Assembly: GCF_009914755.1 (NCBI RefSeq)
Contig: NC_060928.1
Length of the DNA stretch: 64,000 bases
Reading direction: 5' to 3' (one strand)
DNA from: the human T2T-CHM13v2.0 reference genome, Homo sapiens
Below, one piece after another: positions 12,837 through 23,586 of this stretch. The notes below the pieces were generated by a model, which did no database searches, was not told the DNA's origin, and saw only the letters and a list, made by a program, of their open reading frames with translations. A program made the position numbers and the translations under genes. Numbering within the stretch: position 1 is the first letter of the stretch; every line of letters starts with the position of its first letter.

Positions 12837-15525
12837 GGAAAATTTCCTGAGCCAGTGTGGATTTCTATGTATCTTAAGCATGAGCAACAAAAGACTAGGA
12901 TTTCTAAAGATAAATACTGGTAGTAAAATTTATCTTTGAAAAAATGTGAGCTTTTTTATTTTCTCTTTCCTTCCCAAAGGTTTACTTTTTTTTTTTATTT
13001 TGTTTTCCTCCATTTCCATGTATAGGCATAAGCCACATTTAAGTATCTAAACTGTCAAGGGAATTGATAAGAACTTTTCCAGGGATGTCTATTATACTGG
13101 ATCTATATATATACATAGGACTAGCCCAGAACCACTAATGCACTCAAAATGGTCACTTTCTGAAGGAAATGATCACATAGAAAAAAATCATCTTTGTCCC
13201 TTTTTTCATGTCAATATTTCTTTGTTTCCTCTCCCGTTTCTTATTACTTCCCTCTTTCACTCTTATCGGCTGGATATTCTCCTATAAAAGCCATTTAGTT
13301 TTTGATGCCTCTAAGCCCTCATATTCCTTAAACTATTTCCTTTAAAAGCGATTTTTCCTCAAATTTGGCCACAGTCAATCATTCATTAACAGACGTTGTG
13401 GCCACAGGCTGCATTTCTCAGAAGTAGGCAGAGGAAAGGGAATGTATTCATCGACATCTTCTGTCAGAAGTCAATAAGCTGTCATTTGACCCTCCTGGGC
13501 CCTAAGCAGGTGCTCCTTCCTTTCTTCTGACAATTGCAAAGATTCCCTAGACCCCCATGACAGCTCCTAAGTTAGTACTTAGTGGCTTCACTGACAGGTG
13601 TTTCTCTGTTTTACCAGACAACAGGTGTTTGCCCAATGCAGCCTGCCAAAAGCCAGGGATTCAGAGTAGAAAACAAAGCCTATTTGCAAAAATGATTACT
13701 GTAATTAAGAGCCATGGTGATGCAAACGATGAAAACACTTGTACGTACACCCTTCCCCCACACACACACTCACACTCACACTCTTTCAAATCCTCACTCC
13801 CCTAGAAAAAGGAAAGAGCAGGCGGAAAAAAAAAAATCATTCACCATTACCATATACTTTTAAATGCTGTAGAGTCTCACTTCTCTGGGGGAGAAAATTT
13901 AAATAATTATTAAGCCATCTTTTGAAGCCATTCCTTTTAAGGATCTTCATTTAGGATTTCAGTTATTGTGCATTCTGGGGATTACAAGGCAGTGTATACT
14001 GACAGATTTCCTTTGAGGAACTTATGATTTACTTAAGACCATATATATCATAAGAAAATTGAAACAGCTAAGCAATAATCAAATCACAATATGTTTGATG
14101 GTGACCCTGGTTACAACACAGAGTTCCACTGTGTGCTCCTCTAGCTCCCAGCAGAAAATTTGCTCATTTACAACCAAGAAAAGTCGTATTGTAATATGCT
14201 GTATGCTCCTAAAACCCTCCCTTAAGGATTACACAGGAGCTTCAAAGATAGGGAAGACAGCAGGGTGATTTGCATGAAGTAAATTCTTTTTTTTAAAAAA
14301 AATCTGTGAATGTAAGATTAGTCACTTTTTTTTCTTTTTTTAGGAGCTAATTTAGGACCTTCTCATTGCTCTGACCTGGGCCAGCTACTGAAATGAAAAG
14401 CAAATGGACCAAGGGTGTGGACACAGTAGATATGAGAAGTAACAGAATTTATCAGCATGATTGTCATAATACGAGCAAATGATCACAACATTAAAACTAA
14501 GTTGTATGTGTCATGTCTTTCTACTCCATTTTAAATCTCATTTTGTGTATGACTGCATGGGAGGTAAAGTGGGGACGTGTCGTAAGTTCTATTTTAGTTG
14601 TTATATACCGTGATTATCAAATGCTCCTATAATGTGCTTATTGAATAAATGGTCCAAGATTGTTGGGCTAGCTAATTTGCAATTTGAAAAAAAATGATTA
14701 AAGGTGACAAAAGTGCAGTTTACAAATAATTCCCTTTTTAGAGGACACAGGAAAAGGAATTCTTTTCTTTCTTTCCCTTCTCTCTTTTTCTTTCTTTTTT
14801 ATTTTTGTTAACAGCTTTTGTTTAAGTCAAAATCATCTTTTTGACTTCCCATAAAGTGTCTGGTTTCAGAAAAAGTATGCAAAGAATATTTCTCTAGAAT
14901 GTGATGCCTAAACTTTTCCTGAAAGAAAACAACAAAACACACCAAAAACTAAACTGAAGCAAATTATCCACTTGCTATTGTTGAGGACATCTTTCAGATT
15001 CGGTGCAGTCCCACCCCAATAATTGGAGTTGCATCTCCAATTATTGTCCCCCTGAAGAAACCTAAGCACTTTATTTTGAAAAATAAATAAATAAAACATT
15101 GTCTGTGTGTTCTGGCTCTCAGACTTAGTCTGAAAAGTCACCTTTGATCAAATTATTTTCTGAACAAACAGCCTTTGAATGGGCTGGTGAATGGATAGCA
15201 CGTGCATCATAGTTCCAGCAGCTTCCTACTGTTTTCTTGCTGGTACCAGGCTTGGTCTCACTTCTGTTCTCTTCCTGCCCTTCCCATTTGGCACAGGAAA
15301 GATGTTCTAGAAGAGGACATACGTTTTTCCCCCCATCCTCTATTCCCACTTTTCTTGAATGAGTACCCATTTGCTTATGGCCTGTCTTTGTGGATACAAA
15401 CCAAATGCTAGAGCTATTCAAATAGCAGCTATGCTAATTTATCTTTTTTTTTCTTTTCTCATAGATAAGAAAAGTCTGATTTCCACCCAATGCACTCCTT
15501 TTGAGGAATTAAGACTGGAAGTATA

Positions 15526-15846
15526 GGCCGGGCTTGGCGGCTCATGCCAGTAATCCCAACACTTTGGGAGGCCAAGGCAGGCAAATCATTTGATCCCAGG
15601 AGTTCGAGACCAGCCTGGGCAACATAGCGAGACCAACCCCCCTCAACCCCCATCTCTATGAAAAATGCAAAAACTAGCCAGGTGTGGTGGTGCGTGCCTG
15701 TAGTTACAGCTACTCAGCAGGCTAAAGTGCGAAGATCACTTGAGCATAGGAGATGGAAGCTGCAGTGAACCCTGACTGTGCCACTGCACTCTAGCCTGGG
15801 AGACAGAATTAGACCCTGTTTCATAAAAAAAAAAAAAAAAAAAAAA
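15526..15846 (+). mobile_element. Alu (AluJ-like)
   Basis: Dimer with poly(A); TSD aagactggaagta. Confidence 0.95.
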
Positions 15847-16677
15847 AAGACTGGAAGTACTGCACCCCTCCACATATGTTTAGAATGTCCCCTTTGACAT
15901 TATTAGATATAGACTGTACCAGTAAGAAAACCCATTACAAAGAGCAGAGAGGACTTTATTTGGGAGGCAGGGAAAGGTGGTATGATTTTTAAATCATGAT
16001 TTTCATATGCATGTGTAAGGAGTACAGGGAATTGTATCCTTTATCTTCTACGGCTGGCCTTAGACAGGATAAAAGGCTTCCAGTTCTTAAGAGAAAGTAT
16101 TTCCCTACAACTGGGTAATGCAGGCTAGGATAACTGGGGGTCTATAGTGGTTTGGGACTTAGTGCATGGATGTACCAGAAGCTAAAACAAAAATAGTCAC
16201 TGGGATAACTGGAAAGCACAGGAGTTGGGCTTTATGAGAAAAACTGATTGCCTTGAGTTCACTTAGGTCACAAAGTACCTCTCTTTAGTAGCAAATGCTG
16301 TTTTACTTTCTGACTTCACAGATATAATGTCCAGTGGCCAATGGCCTTTTGCAAACAGGCCTCTTCTCAGAGGGAAGGACTGGACCCTGGAGAAAGAAGT
16401 CTAACCTCAGGACTTGCACAATTTGTAACTATACCTTCATCACCCTAAAAGTAGACACTGCACACATTCTTCTGTCCCTCTTGGTCTTTGGTTCTTCCTC
16501 ACACAGCCGGCCCTTCCCAGCTCAGTGCTCCTTTAGCCACAGGCTATTTGTTGCTGTAGTTGCTGCCAACTTGGCTGGTGAGAAGCCAGGCCTGGAGGAA
16601 ATAGAGGGTCCTGGCAAGAACCTGGACTGAGGGCCCCCACCAGGTTAGCTTCCGAGTCCTGCAATGCACTGTGCTTC

Positions 16678-17006
16678 TGTCTTAGTTGGCTTGGGCTGCT
16701 ATAACAAGACAACCATGGACAGAATGGTTTAAACAACAAACATATTTCTCATGGTTCTGGAGGTTGGGAAGTCTGCGATCAGGGTGCCAGCATGGAGGGA
16801 CTCCTTCCTTGTTTCCTCATTTGAGGGATTGGGGTTGTGAGAGGAAGAAAGCTCTCTCCTCTTTTTATAAGGGGGAGGCAGAGGGGCATGCACTAATCCC
16901 ACCTCATGACCTGATTAACTTCCAAAGCCCCATATCCAAATACTATCACATAAAAGAACAGAGTTTTAACTTGAATTTTGGGTACCCAAACATTCAGTCC
17001 ATAGCA
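16678..17006 (-). mobile_element. MaLR solo LTR (MLT1A-like)
   Basis: tgtcttagtt...gggctgctataaca, atttctcatggttctggaggttgggaagtc, terminal aacattcagtccatagca. Confidence 0.85.
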
Positions 17007-17869
17007 GTCTCTACTAAAAAGTGTATGCAATTAGAGGCCACTGTGGGGCTCCCAGGACCTGATTAACAAAAGATAGTACTATCTGGGTATAGCCTGAGAG
17101 TATGAAAGGGTGATAGGAATATAGAGTTGGGTAGGGGTGGGGTGCAGAGGCTTTTGGGACCATGTTTGAAACAGCTATCCCAGGAAAGCATTCTAAAAAT
17201 CCTTGGGTTTTCTTTGGATCAAACAAAGAAAATTTGGCCTTGCCTTCAAACTGTACAGTCATCTTAAAGCTCAGAACAGGCAAATTTCTCATGGCACCTG
17301 CACCTCCAGGAGTGGAGATTTTGGGGTAACTGAGGCTCTTGGAACAGAAGTCTGTGTAAGATCAGCCTGGCACAGTGGCAGCCTGGTTCCTGGGTCAGAC
17401 AGCCTCCCAGGACAGTGGCTTGCATTGCCAGGGTTGTTCATTCTATTCCATCATCTATCTCTTGTCCGTCCTTCCAACCCAGCATGAGACATTGTAGGAT
17501 GAACAGTCTTGCCTTCAGGACCCTTGCCTCAGTGAGGCCTGGCCTCAGTTTAAACCCAGGGGTATGTTGTAAATATTGAGACGGTCTCTAGAGTGAAGGA
17601 AATATTGGGCTCTGACTTGACTTATACACCCTGACTTCTCTTTTCTTAGGCTTCTGGGTTCCAACCAGAGGTTACCGGTAACTTTATCTTCTTTTGCATT
17701 GATTTCTGTCTCTAGTAACCAGATCACACTTGTAGTTACGAAAGGGATAGGGGAAATTCACCACCAGTTTTCCACACAGAAATAGGGGAGGCCTGGAAAG
17801 AAAGTTCAGATGCTGGGGTCCAGGAAAAGTGACCCTGAGGGGGTTGGTCTAGGAAATGTGAGGCCTAGT

Positions 17870-18740
17870 GGGGTGAGACACCGCTGAAAGAGAGCTCAAG
17901 AAGAGGGGGTGGGGACCTAAGCCGAAGCCCGCGCACTCACTGCCTGGCGCCTAGGTGACTGGTGGAATCTGCTAATCTGTTGGGTAGTTTTTCCGTCGTC
18001 TGTCAGGTGGCGATGAGTGGAAACTAATCTTCGGGGCCGTTTGTTTTACCTCTGCAGGAAGCAGGGCGCTTGCGCCTTCTCCCAACCTTGCTTTCCTGGC
18101 TGGGAGAACGCAGGAATTGGAGAACTGAGCTGTGGGCTCGAATCCGCGCATGACCTGGAGATCTGGACCAAGCTCCGAGGCTTAATGGGGAAAGCTGAGA
18201 TGTCCCCAGCAGGGGGCTTTGGGCGATTAACTTTTCGGAAAGTCGCCAGAGAAAGTGTGGTGCAGGCTTGCGCTCTTTTGGGTGGAGTTCACAGGAGTAG
18301 GGCTCGAGGTAGCCAAAACAGTAAATTGAGATAGCTCCCCGCCCCACATTCCCCACTGCAGAATTGCTGTGGACAGAGGCTCTCGAAGATCGGCTGCTCA
18401 GAGTGGTAGGCAGGATGTAGACCAGGGCGGGCGCAGCCCTGGCGCATAGCGCGACCCTTTCGTCTCTCAGCTGAGCTGCGGAGGAAGGGGGCTTGGCAGC
18501 TCAGCTCACGGAACAAGCGCAGTGCTGTCTTTCATGTTTCACTGTTCAGTTTTTGTAGCTTTTTTTAATGGCCCCAATACATAACTCTCTTGTGAAAAAA
18601 AAAGTTTAATAGCATCCACCCTACACACTTATGATCACCAATGGAGATTTCCTTTTAAGCCCCGAGTATGTGGGCACATTCGGCTGCCCGCCCAACCCCC
18701 AATCCTCCCACCCCAGTATGGAAGACAGTCGGGCGTTGAG
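17870..18740. promoter_or_regulatory. CpG-enriched upstream block (candidate regulatory element)
   Basis: Unique GC-rich sequence with many CpGs relative to flanks; GC boxes (ccccgccc, gggcgggc). Confidence 0.5.
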
Positions 18741-21008
18741 GACTGGTTTGCCAAATTCAATCACTGTCCACAACAGCTGGTCACTTGTCTCCTTTTAGTG
18801 AGCCCCTGACTCTTTCTAAGCCCTTGGAATCCAGAAAAGTGTATCTTGCCATCCTCCAGTTTGAGGTAGACTAAAGCCTGAGCAGGTGTCTTTGCCTTCC
18901 TGGGTCATCCCTAGGCAAGGATTTGATCCCCAGTTTGGCTCTTGCGGGAGTTGAGAGGGAAACAAGGATGGTTGTTTCAGTGCAGGCGGGGCTGCAGAAA
19001 CTGAGAGAAGGGAGCAAAGACAAGAGGCTGATAACAGCTCCAGAAACTGGACTCCAGAGTCCTCTTGACCTCCTGGGTTTAGACAGGGGGCTGATAGTGC
19101 AGCTGGGGCAGGAACCACTCTCCTCCTCTTTCAGCAGACTCCTTGGGAAAAGGAAAGGGAGAAACAAGCAGCTGGATTTGCTTTGGAGAATCTTCGTCAC
19201 TTGAGGAATGGGCTGTGTATTTGCGTGGCATGGGGGAACTTACAAATGGCATTCAGCAGCATCAATGTGGCTTAAACCCTGACAGCTTTGCCACAGACCT
19301 CAGGGCATTGCCTGAAGAAGGAACAGCACCCAGGTTCAGAACCATCCTACAATCATCCTCCCCAGAAGAAGGTGATTTCAGTCAAGTAGACCATTCTGAG
19401 AGATACTGTGACTGTTCTCAATGTCTACTTTTAGGGTTGCCTTGTAAGGATCTGCCTACCCACCCTAGTTAAGGGAGAAGTATATAACTTGAGCCTAGAA
19501 CAGTGGACAGGGGGTGTGTTCAGCTCTGGACAGTATCTCATGTAGTGTGCCCATGTTATGCACATCTATGTGTGATGTCCTCTTTCTTTATCACAGTGGT
19601 TTTACTACACTTTCCAGGTAACCTTCTGTTTTACAAGTACTTTGATGTTACTCTGGCGGTGGAAGATTCCAAACCTGAAAAATCTGCATTGTTTTATATG
19701 CTTTTCATTATTGAGATGGAAAACCTTAAGTAGGTACTCAATAATGGATAAGGCCGTTTCTTAGCTTCAACCTTGGTTCATCTGAATTGACCTTATCAGT
19801 CAATAGCACGGGCCGTTTCATTAAAATAACCAATGAATAATGTATCATAGCTTAGTTTAAAGTTTCAAATATGTTTTTAGACAGAAACATTCCAAGCATG
19901 CAAGTCAGGTGTATTTCCCAGATAAATAACAGTCTGGGGACGTTGCCCGTACAGGGAAATTCTCTGTTCTCAAGGAAATTTTCCCTTCTCGGGTTTCCTG
20001 AGGTTGAAATCCAGCGCGCACGTCATTAATCATTCACTGAGGTCGGTCCCTCAGTCAATGGCAGGTCTGGGTAAGCTAAAGCGAGCAGTTAGCTAACCCT
20101 TCCTGCCACGGGGATCCTGGGGCGAAAGAGGACAACTGGGCGGTCAGTTACATGTGCTGGTGTCCAGCCGCTGCCTCTCTTTCCCCGGTCGGAGCGCGGG
20201 GGTGCGTGTGCCCTCACTCTCACGAATACAGACGGAGAGCTTCCCAGAAGGAAAAACAAATTCGTCATAATGTTCAGCGCAGCCGAGAGTTTCCAACAAG
20301 AAAGCAGCTCCAGTCGTGGCATGATGACTCAGGGTGGCGTTTTAAACGCTGAATAAACCCATTCCTTAGCTCTTTAATAAATCGCTAATAACAGCAAAAA
20401 CAGCCTTCTCCCCGAACCGCGCCACACCAAAGGCTTCCCAAGTTGGGCTGCGAATCCCTGTTTGGTTTTCCAACGCCGAAAGACGTAGAAGCAGTGGGAT
20501 CTCCTGGTGGGACGCATTTCTCCAAGGGCTCCCAGAGAGAGGACGAGATAGCAGGGTTTACAGGGCAAAGAGAGGAGAACCTGGAAATCGTGTCCTGGGG
20601 GGCAAGAGTGCGTTGCCCAGTCACAAGTGTGCTGTAGAGGTGGGAGAGGACAAGGACCCATTTCCACATTTCAACCCTCCGTTTCTATCGCTGCCCCTGG
20701 AGGACTCAGCTGCTAACGCCGAGCTCGTTTCCACGCGGCTCTGGTCCTAGTCGGGGAATCCGGGTGGCCGCGCGACGCGAGAGAACTGCTGGGATGCGTG
20801 GCCCTGGTATGGGCGCACCCAGCGTCCGGGGCGCAGGTTCTCTCAGCCCAGCTTCTCCTCCCACTCACTCGCTCGGATCTCCTCCCTCCTTCACATCCCC
20901 CGCCCCCGGGACCGCGAGGCTCCCTCCCCGCACCGGCCAGTGAGTACACAAAGCCGCGGGTGAGGGGAAGCTTCGCAGGCGTGCACGGAGCAGTGAGATC
21001 ACTGGCGT

Positions 21009-21016
21009 TATAAATA
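21009..21016 (+). promoter_or_regulatory. FGF5: TATA box
   Basis: TATAAATA inside a CpG island, about 190 bp upstream of the FGF5 ATG; implies a TSS near 21040. Confidence 0.8.
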
Positions 21017-21087
21017 TCCCGGTGCCAGCGCGGAGATCCGCTCGGGTGGCCTCTCTCTTCCCCTCTCCCCTTCTCTTCCCCGAGGCT

Positions 21088-21204
21088 ATGTCCACCCGGT
21101 GCGGCGAGGCGGGCAGAGCCAGAGGCACGCAGCCGCACAGGGGCTACAGAGCCCAGAATCAGCCCTACAAGATGCACTTAGGACCCCCGCGGCTGGAAGA
21201 ATGA
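21088..21204 (+). CDS. Upstream ORF (38 aa) whose stop overlaps the FGF5 start codon
   Basis: ATG 21088, second in-frame ATG 21172, [38 protein letters not shown]; TGA 21202-21204 overlaps ATG 21201-21203. Confidence 0.8.
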   Translation: MSTRCGEAGRARGTQPHRGYRAQNQPYKMHLGPPRLEE

Positions 21205-21555
21205 GCTTGTCCTTCCTCCTCCTCCTCTTCTTCAGCCACCTGATCCTCAGCGCCTGGGCTCACGGGGAGAAGCGTCTCGCCCCCAAAGGGCAACCCGGAC
21301 CCGCTGCCACTGATAGGAACCCTAGAGGCTCCAGCAGCAGACAGAGCAGCAGTAGCGCTATGTCTTCCTCTTCTGCCTCCTCCTCCCCCGCAGCTTCTCT
21401 GGGCAGCCAAGGAAGTGGCTTGGAGCAGAGCAGTTTCCAGTGGAGCCCCTCGGGGCGCCGGACCGGCAGCCTCTACTGCAGAGTGGGCATCGGTTTCCAT
21501 CTGCAGATCTACCCGGATGGCAAAGTCAATGGATCCCACGAAGCCAATATGTTAA
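21201..21555 (+). CDS. FGF5: FGF5 coding exon 1 (signal peptide, Ser-rich region, start of FGF core)
   Basis: [24 protein letters not shown]...[34 protein letters not shown]; 355 nt; donor A|GTAAGT; NGS sequon. Confidence 0.99.
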
Positions 21556-22053
21556 GTAAGTTACTCGCTCTCCTACAAAACCCGTCCTAGGCGGCCGCGG
21601 AAGATTCGGGAGGGACAGCAGGTATTCGCCGGGACACAGGCTCACCTTCCTGAGCCCAGGCCACTGGGACCAAGCTGATACTCAGAAACAGCCGGGCGGG
21701 TTGGGTGGAGATGCATCTATATGGCGTGCGCACAAGCACCCCTCTCCTGGGCATGAGGAATTGCGATTTCTCAGGTGTATGTTACCTAGAGGCTGGTGCC
21801 CAGACGGGTACCTTGTTTTCAGTTTGCTCTAGCCTCAAAGACGAGTCCCCAGCCATGACAGGAGAGAACAAAAAACTCATTTCTTCTCACTCAATTTGTT
21901 TACCTTCTGCTTATGAACTAGCCTGGCATTTTTCATTAGGCATCAAAGGCAGCCCTTCTCCCTATCCATAACTGAAGTTATTTTTTGAAAAGAAGAATCA
22001 AATCCCAAATACTTCCCTCTTCCATCCGCTACCATAAACCTCAAATTAATATT

Positions 22054-22162
22054 GTATATGTATATGTATATATGTATATAAGTCTATGTATACAATGTAT
22101 ACACATAGGTAGATAGATAGATAGATAGATAGATACACAGATAGATAGACAGACAGATAGAT
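22054..22162. repeat. Compound (TA/TG)n and (GATA)n/(GACA)n microsatellite
   Basis: gtatatgtatatgtatatatg... then agatagatagatagatagatagat...gacagacagatagata. Confidence 0.9.
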
Positions 22163-22704
22163 AACTAGGGGACACCAGACAGACATTCCTGCTTGGAAGA
22201 AGATTGTGCTCTAGAAAACTGGACGCGTTTAGAGAGGGAGACATGATAAACATTGAAATTACTAACTCCAGAGTTGGATTTAACAATGTTTAGTATCTTG
22301 AGACCATGACTACACCGTATTAGGAGAGTGGCCAGCCTTTGGTCCCCAAGAACAGTTAGGGGAAAGTTCCTTATTTTAGAAGAAACGCAGAGGTTAAATT
22401 TGGTAGGGGTGCAGATTTTGTAGGACTTTTTATAAACAAAGTTTTAAATTTTCCCTCTGAGTTTTTTCTTTCAGCACGCTCTCTTTTTTCCTTTCTCATC
22501 TCCTCTTCCCTTCCACCCCATCTATGTTTCCAGACCATCGCAGCCACTCCTCTGGTTTCTCTTCACTGCCTCTAGGCAGCTGGGGGCAGGGACGGTTTGG
22601 GGCTGTGAGTAGGAGTGGGGAGATCTCTGTGGGGCTTTTGCTCAGTAGGGCCAGATCGCTCTTCCAGCGCGGGTTGGTCCACCAGGCAGAGCCCCAGCCA
22701 GGGC

Positions 22705-22836
22705 CTGTCAGGTACCCAGGGAGACCGGAAATGTAGCCAGGAGACAGCAGCGCTCACAGTCACCTGGTTTCAGTGTCAGCCTGGTTGCTCCTAGATGTTC
22801 CTAACTTGCTCCATCTCAGACCAACGACTCCACGGG
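22705..22836 (+). repeat. Long inverted repeat, left arm
   Basis: Reverse complement of 23454-23586; 124/133 aligned columns identical by hand alignment. Confidence 0.97.
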
Positions 22837-22859
22837 CCATTGGGCTCCTTCTTACACAG

Positions 22860-22944
22860 GCTCCAGAGGAGCGTGGACACCACCGGCGGTCTGAAGATTT
22901 GGCAGCCAGCAGTCTCCAGAGGGGGGTCGGAGGCGCGCAAGTGG
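22860..22944 (+). other. Candidate 85-nt cryptic/poison (or alternative first) exon of FGF5
   Basis: Acceptor ctccttcttacacag|G, donor TGG|GTAAGG; in-frame TGA at 22892-22894 when joined to exon 1. Confidence 0.45.
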
Positions 22945-23453
22945 GTAAGGCGGTAGGCTGGCTAGCCTCCTCCGGTGGGTTAAGGGGGCCTAATGCGGAA
23001 GACCTGATGGTTCATGCTGAGAGAAAAGCAGGTCTATGCCCGCCCCTCTGCGCCTGTCTAGTCTATCTGATCGCGCTGATTCAGCAGCCTGCGGCGCACG
23101 TGGTGAGGGCGCCTGGAGCGCCCAGCTGGAGAGAGGGCCCTCCGCACACGCACCAGCGAGTCCCAGGGCCTCCCTCACACTCCCGAGAGGAATCTATTTC
23201 CATATTTTAGAGTTTATTTCACTCATCGAATAACTGCTCATTTGGGGGATAAAGGGCAAGATCTGTTGGGGTGAAATGGAATTTTCTGAGATTTGAGGAA
23301 TAATCAGTAACATCTATTTATTTCCATTCGTCCTTCTCATTTTGTCTCAACGGTCTTTTGACTCCATCAGCCATCACAGCTTATTCCCACTTCCGGCAAC
23401 CTTTCCTTCTCTCTTACAAGAAAACTTTCTTTCTTCTGTTCTTCTTGTAACGA

Positions 23454-23586
23454 CCCGTGGAGTCATTGGTCTGAGATGGAGCAAGTTAGGAACATCTAGG
23501 AGCAACCAGGCTGACACTGAAAGACAGGTGACTGTGCGCGCTGCTGTCTCCTGGCTATGTTTCCACTCTCCCTGGGTACATGACAG
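23454..23586 (-). repeat. Long inverted repeat, right arm
   Basis: Perfect 57-bp core 23466-23522 pairs with 22768-22824; the ORF track shows the same peptide SAWLLLDVPNLLHLRP on opposite strands. Confidence 0.97.

Larger units (their letters stand above)
20010..21740. promoter_or_regulatory. FGF5: CpG island spanning the FGF5 promoter and exon 1
   Basis: High GC and CpG density; GC box ccccgccccc near 20900; AP-1 site TGACTCA at 20325-20331. Confidence 0.9.

Noticed and set aside
20713-21539. Antisense ORFs of 154 and 124 aa over the promoter and exon 1
   Set aside because: Expected in GC-rich, stop-poor CpG-island DNA; no recognisable protein
21556-21590. Exon 1 ORF read-through into the intron ([10 protein letters not shown])
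   Set aside because: A consensus GTAAGT donor at 21556 explains it; no sign of a nearby intronic poly(A) site
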